Assembly (NCBI GenBank): GCA_964016885.1
Contig: OZ024741.1
Coordinates: 31,558,001-31,622,000, forward strand
Length of the DNA: 64,000 nucleotides
Direction of reading: 5' to 3'
DNA from: Eledone cirrhosa
Lineage: Eukaryota
Position 1 is the stretch's first letter, and every line of letters starts with the position of its first letter. A model generated the notes under the pieces. The model did no database searches. It was not told where the DNA came from and saw only the letters and a list, made by a program, of their open reading frames with translations. Position numbers and translations under genes: made by a program. Positions 55,533 to 64,000 of this stretch are shown in pieces.

Positions 55533-55533
<1 letters not shown>

Positions 55534-56595
55534 TTCGTTACTGAATTTGTTTAGCCAGATTCTTTGTCTGAAAAGGTGTGTTGAAACCGATATTGTTATG
55601 CTTTGGGAGGGTCATGTTGCTAATAAGAAACACACGCAGCAGTTGCTTTCACTCCAATTTATTATAAATTAAATTTATAAATTTAAGAATTTATAAATTT
55701 CCGGTTGGTTGGTTGTCTCCATAACCGGACGGTTGTTCATATTTTTGTGCCTCTCCTTTGTTCTGTCCTACGCCATCTTGTTTCTGTGTGTGTGTTGTGT
55801 GCTCAGTCTGCGCACGCGCCACATCCGGGTGCCTGTGTGTGTTTATATTCGTTTATTTATTTGTTTATTTACATGTTAGAGGTTTGTTCTATGTGCGTGT
55901 GTGTTTTCATTTTGTCCTTAATTGTAAGTGGTGATGTTGCTGTTCCACTCATGTTTTCTATTTAATTTTGGTTGTAAGTCTTTTATGTTTATTGCCTCTG
56001 TGATTTGTCTAAACATTGCGTCTAAAAGACGCAATGTTTAGACAAATCACAGACGCAATGTTTAGACAATTCACAGAGGCAATAAACATAAAAGAATTAC
56101 AACCAAAATTAAATAGAAAACATGAGTGGAACAGCAACATCACCACTTACAATTAAGGACAAAATGAAAACACACACGCACATAGAACAAACAACCAACC
56201 TGTAACATGTAAATAAACAAATAAATAAACGAATATAAACACACACAGACACCCGGATGTGGCGCATGCGCAGACTGAGCACACAACACACACATAGAAA
56301 CAAGATGGCGTAGGACAAAACAAGGGAGAGGCACAAAAACAGAGAAAAGAATCCCTAGTCACTGAAGAGGCCACATAATGTGTGACGAAAGAACATTGAC
56401 AATATATAAACAACCATCTGGTTGTGGAACCAACCAACCAACCGGAAATTTATAAATTCCTAAATTTATAAATTTATTATAATAAATTGAAGTGTAAGCA
56501 ACTAGTCCGTGTGTTTCTTATTGGCAACATGACCCTCCCAAAGTATAACAATATCGGTTTCAACACACGTTTTCAGATAAAGAATCTTGTTAAAC
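55533..56595. mobile_element. Second large family Q palindrome (centre ~56025)
   Basis: ~480-bp arms; left arm lacks the hammerhead segment; 29-bp duplication next to the centre. Confidence 0.9.
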
Positions 56596-57002
56596 AAGGT
56601 TCAATGAATAAATCAAAGAATGAGTTTTACAATAAATTGGAAGCACTCAACAGTATTTGGGTTTTCCAGAGTTATTAATATTAATTCGAAATATTATCAA
56701 AATAGATATTCTTGTGATCAAGTATATTTTATTATACATATTTCAGAGGTACTGAGTTAACTTCAACAGTACGTCCTCATCAGATAAAATAAGATGATGC
56801 ATGACATACCCTGAAATAGTAGATTGTTAAGATTCAGTCATGGTAGTGACTGAATCTTAACCATCTACTATGTCAGGGTATGTCATGCATCATCTTATTT
56901 TATCTGATGAGGACGTACTGTTGAAGTTAACTCAGTACCTCTGAAATATGTATAATAAAATATACTTGATCACAAGAATATCTATTTTGTTAATATTTTG
57001 AA

Positions 57003-57007
<5 letters not shown>
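56596..57007. repeat. Near-perfect palindrome 56680-57007 (centre ~56842) plus tail
   Basis: ~160-bp arms; tail matches 4127-4190. Confidence 0.9.
56896..56962 (+). ncRNA. Type I hammerhead (mirror ~56725-56790 minus)
   Basis: UAUUUUAU-CUGAUGA-ggacGUACUG..CAGUACcucu-GAAA-UAUGUA-UA-AUAAAAUA. Confidence 0.82.
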
Positions 57008-57063
<56 letters not shown>

Positions 57064-57950
57064 ATATATAAATATTATATATTTATACGCAATCACACAC
57101 ATACCTTATATTACATGAGATGGATCAAAATGGTGGCTGTGTATATTGATAACGTTGCTTTACATATTCTTATATATTGTAGCTAAATACGGCCAGTAAA
57201 GGCAGTAATGTATGGCTTATGTAAATACGTTTTGATTGAAGTGTCTGTAATAGTTCCAATCATCTATTTCTCGCCACGTTCACAGTGTTTATATTCATTT
57301 TGATAGGAGAATGCATTACTTTATATACATCTGTAAAAATTATATTTGTCAGTGAGAGTTTTCTTAGGTATAAGACTAAGATTGTCTACGCATCTGTGTG
57401 TATATATGTTTATTTTATGCTTACGTGTACAAACACATTCCCACAGACACGCACATAAATACATATATGTATATGCGTATATATATATATATATATATAT
57501 GTATACATACACACACACACATATATATATATGCACACGCAGACACGGACACACACCACACACGCATATATATGTTTATATATATGTATGTATATATATA
57601 TATATGCATAGATATAGATATATATATATATAGATAGATAGATAGATAGATAGAAACAGCATTAAATGAATATATAATTTGGTTCTTTTTATAAACTGGC
57701 TGCTGACATAAATATATTTTGGCACTAGGAAGAATTCTTGTCAGCCATATTCAAATTTTTATATTTATTATAAATCTCATTATTATCTGAATATTATAGG
57801 AAACGTATCTACTGCGTGTTGTTTTAATTATACGGATCGAATATACTTTGAAATGTAACGTGAAGTCTGAATACAAGGAAATTCAAATTGCCAGTAAACT
57901 TGTTCAGATATCACCCATCGTTTAAAGGCTATATATGCATATATATATAT

Positions 57951-57999
<49 letters not shown>

Positions 58000-58124
58000 G
58001 TAATAATAATAAATTTGAAGACTAAAATCCAAAGAGGGCTCGATAAGGATAAATATATATCAAATATATATGAACCCTAGAGCAAATATTTAATCTGTTA
58101 TTCTAATATATATATATATATATA

Positions 58125-58321
58125 TATATTTAATATAGAAAGTCTTCTACAGGACTAAAACTGTTTCATTCGGGAGAAATTATCAGGAAGCACTGATGAT
58201 TTCTCCCGAATGAAACAGTTCTAGTCCTGTAGAAGCCTCTCTATATTAAATATTTATACTCTGCATTGTATTGAGTACTTTACTTACTGTGTTTACCTCC
58301 GATTGAACCCGCGATAAACTT
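58125..58321. mobile_element. Fold-back pLTR, family C, with facing hammerhead cores
   Basis: Arms 58125-58186 / 58193-58255; right arm starts at CTGATGA. Confidence 0.85.
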
Positions 58322-58399
<78 letters not shown>

Positions 58400-58402
<3 letters not shown>

Positions 58403-61400
58403 ATCAAAAGATGGTTAAAAGAGTTCCATGTATTTTATTATGCGCATTTCAAAAACAAATATCATCATGCAATAACATTTGTGTTTTCATCAGATAAAAT
58501 AGGAAGACATGATATGAAGGTTAAAAACACTTGTGGATAGTGCAGTTTTAAATCAACATATGAAAAGTAGTTTTAGATTGATGTGTGATATTGGGGAACA
58601 AATTTGTTTGAGGGGGGGTGGGGGTGAAAAAGAGGAGGAGATGAGAGTAAAAAGTGGAGGGGGAGAAGTATAATGAGGAAGGATGAGATAAGAGGAGAGA
58701 TGGGTGATAGAGAGAGAGAGATAGCTTTTATAACTGAGAAAAATATATTGTTTTACATAGAGAGGTTGAAAACCGTTGGAAGATAATGTATAAATTAAAA
58801 GAATTTGAAAATTAACGAAGAGAAAAATAATGTAAAGTTAAGGTTTGTATATTGAAGGGTTTAATAATATGTGCGATGAAAAGAAATTGTTAATATGTAT
58901 TAAGAATAATATTTAAGGGTTTAATAATATGTGCGATGAAAAGAAATTGTTGATATGTATTATTAAAAAAAACAAAAGTAATGTAAGTAAGGATATATTG
59001 TGAGATGAGCATGAATAAGTTAGATGAAAGTGAGAAAAAAATAATGAATAGAGGATGAATAATCTAACGTCAAAAAAAAAAAAAATGTTTATGTTTACGA
59101 AGGATTTTTTCAAGGTGATATAAAGTAAGAATATATTGTATTGTGTAATAATTGTTTCTATGTTAGGCACAGTGAGAAAAGGTACAGATTAGAGGTTAGA
59201 AATTAAAAGAAAAAGAAAAGAAAAGGAAAAGGAAGAAAGGGAAGTGATAAATAGGAGTGATATAGAATGAGTAACAAGTAGTATATAATGTATAATAAAT
59301 AACTTTGAAATAAGGTAGAAAGATGGGTATATTTTTAAAGAAGTATATATATATATATATATATATGTGCCTTTGAGAAAAGGATTCTGAATTGATAAAG
59401 TTTAGGATATTAGCTGTATACTTTATCGAATGTTCTGTGGAATTTATGCAAGCAGAGAGAAAACAAGTCAGTGCGTCTATTTATTATAGAATCTAAATTA
59501 GATATAATGGTAAATTTTTCATTTAGACAGAGATTGCAAGTCTTGGATAGAGAACTGTTCAAGTATAGAGAAGCAGAACAAACCTTCTTCCAAGAGATGT
59601 TATAGTTAATATTTTTGTCTTTCAAGGATCATATGAGTTCTGAGAGAGCCGTGTTGGTTCTTTTAAGTTGGTATTTAAAAGACGAATGATGATTATAAAG
59701 ATGAGCTTTAAAGGAGGTGGAAGTGGAGCCAAAATAGGTGAAGGAATTGGTGTCAGTTATAACTTTACATTCGTAGATTAAGTTTTTATCAAGACAATGG
59801 TTGTTGAGAGGACATTTATTTTTAGCAGGGCAATTGCAATTGCGATTAGAGAGATTATTAACGAGTGACCTAGTGTTATCTATAGAAGGAATTGGATTGG
59901 AGTAGTTATTTGCGATAGGAATAATAGTTTCTTGATTTAGAATGGGATTAAGAACATTTAGCGAAGTTGTGTTTGACGTAGTATTTGGGTTTGCAGAAAT
60001 TAGCCTAGAGTTTACAATGACGTCGGGAGTACTATTACTATTATTATGATATTTAGTGTTGGAAGGAAGAGATTTAGTATTTAGTATTTTATTGTTGTGT
60101 TTAGAGATAATGTTGGAAATGTTGGAGGATGTCGAATAGGAAAATGTTATAGTGTGTTTGTTAAATATTTTACTATAGATATGTGAGGGAGGGAAGCATT
60201 TATTTAAGGCACTAAAGAATAATTTAGGAATATTATTATTAATAGAGATGGAGAAAGGAGCATTATACCAGATTATGTTTTTGTATCTAGGTCTTTTATT
60301 AAAGTTATTGGAATGATCATGATTAATTATTCTACTGTAAGATCTTCTAGAATTTGTTTCTTTATTATATTTGATTTTATCAGGATAGCCGGCTTTAGAA
60401 AGCGCGTTATTATAGTAATTGGCGTTAGCATCAAAGATGTTTTTATTAGAATATAGGTTAGATATTCTTTTTCCAATATTACTAACTATAGCATTCTTAA
60501 TATTAGTAGGGTGGTTAGATTTAAAATTAACATAATTTAGGTTCTCATTGTTTTTATGGTAAGGGTAATATAGGCCAGTGTCAAGATTAAGAGATACATC
60601 CAAGAAATTAGCTAGTTTGATGCTGTTATCAAATTCAATTTTTAGGTTATGTTGGTTAAAGAGATTACGTATATTGTTCTTAATAATATTAAGGTTAACT
60701 ATGTTGCAATTTAAAATAGTAAAGAGTCCATCGTCACGATAAATTCCACCGCGAAGTTGAGGAATTTTCCGACTCAAAGAGTTCAAAATAAAGATACCAA
60801 TTAAATCTGTCAATTGGGATGAATCGGATGCTCCCATTGTGATGTCGAAGTTGTTAGAGGTATCTGCTCTGGTCCAATATTCGTTGTTGAACTCTAGGAT
60901 GGTTTTACGTGCGGTGAGAATGATGTGAAGTTCATCTGTGGTGATGTCAGTATATTTAAGTGCGAAAGATAGAGCATTATTGAGAAGTGAAGGCGAAATA
61001 GAAGAATAGTAGCTGGCAATATCAAATTGAACAAATTTTAGTTTGTTTTTATTATTCAATTTGTTGAACCAGCCAATCACTTCAGAAGTACCAAACCATA
61101 AATTTAAGTTCAAAGAAGAGCAATTAGAACAAACCTGTGGGATAATTCTATCCAAGATGGCTTTACTAACAAGCCCCAGATATGATTTAGAGGGGGCGAT
61201 TAATCTAACAGGTAGTTCAGTGCGAAAATTGTTTTTGTGATCCTTGAGATTTATCCTCGGAGTTCTTGGGAGGAATGGTTCGGTCTTTTTTCCGATGCCA
61301 AGTTTTGACATAATCTCAGAGGCTTCAAAGTTTATGGACTCTAAATTATCATGGTTGGTTTTACGATAAGAGCACCTTGTAAATCTCAAGAACACAATTT

Positions 61401-61520
61401 CAAACCTAAATTCCTCAAAAAATGTTTTAGTCCACTCTGACAAAACCAATAATTTATATGGTATTTCCAAGGATAATTATAACAACCTTATCCTAAAGGA
61501 ACTTATGAAAAAATATCGTT
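58400..61520 (-). mobile_element. Family A Penelope-like element (Naiad-like), with inverted 5' segment 61378-61520
   Basis: LKDHKNNF, VRLIAPSK, QFDIASYY, MGA, YRDDG, CNC..CPL..CL, LIY..YFGST, CNLCLNEK..CLH; long 3' UTR with hammerhead. The clade name is inference. Confidence 0.9.
59410..61370 (-). pseudogene. PLE RT + GIY-YIG with one nonsense codon (TGG>TGA at ~59630)
   Basis: The paralog near 34084 has TGG at this codon. Confidence 0.87.
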
Positions 61521-62029
61521 GGTATTTCGACGCATTAAAGACTAGATACCTAAAATCGGTGCGAGCGATAACTCAATTAAGTTATCTGGTCAGTAGGAAA
61601 ACAGAGGGAAGGAAACAAACACATGGTCGTATGCAACGTAAAGAGAGGAAAATAGAGACAAGTCAATGAATCCTGTGGGCTTAAGTCCGACAAATCAAAT
61701 TGACGAGGAGAAATAGATACGTCCGAGCCGCGAGAAGATTGAGAGAGGAAAGAAATTCAAGCAGGTCAGACGGGAGGAAGTGAGAGAGGGGGAGATTCAG
61801 AGAGGGAGGGAGTGAAAGTGTGAGGAAGACGCCAGCCGAGAGTGAATGACCAGCAGCGGAAGTTGAGGAAGGCAAGAGGTGAAGGAGAGGGAAAAGGTGA
61901 TAGCAGTAAAGTGACAGAAAAAATAGGAACCACAGCGAAGGGAAAACATATGTGAATGAAGAATGGCGTGCTGCGTTGGTCTATTTTTATTCATGTGTTC
62001 ATGTTCGCAACAACGCAGCACGCCATTCT

Positions 62030-63790
62030 TCATTCACATATTCTTTGTCGATGAAATACATAGTCGGTGATAGTGTTGTATGCAAATTGATGATCGGGAA
62101 GTAGTTTTGATTCCATTTCAAACACATATCTAGCTAGAGTGTCGACCTCATAAGATGTTTCTTGGATGATGAGAGTTGGAATTTTAATAGAATCAGTGCG
62201 GTGGGATTGTGGCAGACCGTATGCTGGCAAGGCATTCCCACCCATAAGGAAAATCATGTCCTCTATGTCTATAAGCCCTTTATTGTATAAATCATCACTG
62301 AAATCTACTTCTATGTCAGGAAGTAGTAGTTGAGCCTGGTGCAGGAAGTCCTCTGACAGTTGGTTCCGAAACTTCAACCACAATGTGTAGGTATCACAAA
62401 TGTTACATAAGTGAAGAAGCTTTGGAAAGAGCTCTCGTAGGTTTCCAGTTGAGTGTGATGAAGCGATCTCCGCCAAGGTTGCATCCCATCGTGAGTCATC
62501 TTCAAGGATTCCACGAGCCAAACAGGCATCTCTGTATGTAGACCAAACACGATTACCGTAAGTTCTGAGGTCCTGAAAACTGGTTGGTCCTTTGGCCTCA
62601 TGCAGTAGCATTCGAAGATAGAAGCACTCGTGTTGATTTGGAGGAATCGTATACACTCGCCCCAAGCAATTAGTGAATTTGATCCCTGGAACTCCAATAA
62701 CTGGTTGGCCAGTCTTTCTGCGACTCCATGTTTTTTTTTATTCCATGTGTAGTATGATGGCACCCGAGGATACATCAATAATTTTGCGAAGTCATCGTAT
62801 TCGCACAGTTTGAAAAATCCAGTTAAAGTTGTCTCCCTTGGGGTGTGTGCCAATTCAGCGGCATTTTTGTTGGTATAGTACATCCGTTGACCGTGTTCTA
62901 GGTTTACATCTAATTATACGATTGAAGGGTGCCTATCATGTATTGGAAAACCGAAGATTCGCCAAAAGGCCTCGCTACTACTTATGTAGCGCCCTACTTG
63001 GAATTGTGTTACTTCGTCTCTATTGTTTTCATTGAGTATACCGAACGTAGCAGCGTCAGAACCCTTATTAACATATTTACATATGTATTTGAGGCACTAG
63101 ACGGAGCTGCAGAATTCAACATTAATGTGTGCGTTGAAAGTACTGAGCAGGAGTGGATAATAGGGAATGATCCATCGGTTGTCAACCTCGCCATTTTTAA
63201 CCCTTACCGTAAAACCTCCCTCTTCACGTCGCCTACGTCTATATAATGGGTAGCCATCATTGCTAGTCTGAGTATCGCGAATAAATTGACGGGGAAATTT
63301 TTTAGTGCATCTTTTATTGCCTGTAACGCATAGTAAATCAGTTCTAAAGCCAGACCCACATGAACCATGCACCATACGTGCCCTAACTTTCATGTACAAG
63401 TCCTTGTCAGTGGAAGGATCGGGTAATTCTGCAGAGATGATCCTGTCAATGTCGTTAGGACTAACCTTTGTTGTCAGCCAAATAAGAATATGAGCATGGG
63501 GGAGGCCCCTTTTTGCCATTCGATTGTGTACATGTCACATTGAACTGGTCCGAAAATCTCACCTAATTTGATAAGATCCATAAGCTTAGTAACTTAAGAC
63601 GGAATACTCTAGCCACGAGATCATGTCGGCGTGTGGCCTTCTGACCAGGAAGGAGTTCGCCCTCAATCTCCTTCCAATTGAGGTTACAAGTAAAAGTTAT
63701 AAATAAGTCTGGCCTGCCGTGATGCCGTACAATGGTCATGGCGTCCTGAGTCCTTTCATGCATATATCGAGGGCTTCCCGTGAAGGTAGA
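62030..63790 (-). mobile_element. Helitron Rep/helicase remnant
   Basis: GRPDLFITFTCN, KRGLPHAHIL (HUH), YPLYRRR, HINVEFC, ECFYLRMLL..GPTSFQDLRT; frameshifts. Confidence 0.92.
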
Positions 63791-63845
63791 TGAGCAACAG
63801 CAACTAACATGTATGAATATATGTACAACAATAACAGGGTTAGCT

Positions 63846-64000
63846 AAATACCACCACCACTACCACCACTACCACCACCAACACGACCACCACGACCACC
63901 ACTACATCCACCACCACCACCACGACCTCCACCACAACCACCACCACCACCACCACAACCACCACTACCAACACAACCACCACCACCACCACCAACAACA
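63846..64000. repeat. (ACC/ACA)n low-complexity repeat
   Basis: Directly visible. Confidence 0.9.

Noticed and set aside
59629-59631. In-frame TGA in a Naiad-like ORF as possible selenocysteine
   Set aside because: The paralog near 34084 has TGG (Trp) here and it is not a Cys position, so a nonsense mutation is the simpler reading

Overview
Eukaryotic, AT-rich, microsatellite-saturated DNA with no host gene I can support. The abundant tRNA-derived SINE resembles octopod SINEs, so a cephalopod source is plausible (inference). Nearly everything between the (TA)n/(CA)n tracts is transposon-derived: a Tx1/L1-type LINE, RTE-type LINEs, a near full-length R4/Dong-type LINE, Helitron remnants, a mariner-type MITE, SINEs and at least five Penelope-like elements (PLEs; RT + GIY-YIG). 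The main unexplained structure is a dense set of about 20 inverted-repeat/palindromic non-coding inserts inside (TA)n tracts. Most carry a hand-foldable type I hammerhead ribozyme (HHR), from roughly 15 unrelated sequence families. Four families show a compensatory U3-A8 core (UUGANAA) and one shows a conserved U4A core (CAGAAGA); both escape a standard CUGANGA search. Two or three HHR units occur as tandem or permuted monomers (591, ~365 and ~639 nt), which looks like a retrozyme/circular RNA system mobilised by PLEs. All folds were done by eye, none is tested, and coordinates are approximate to a few nt.
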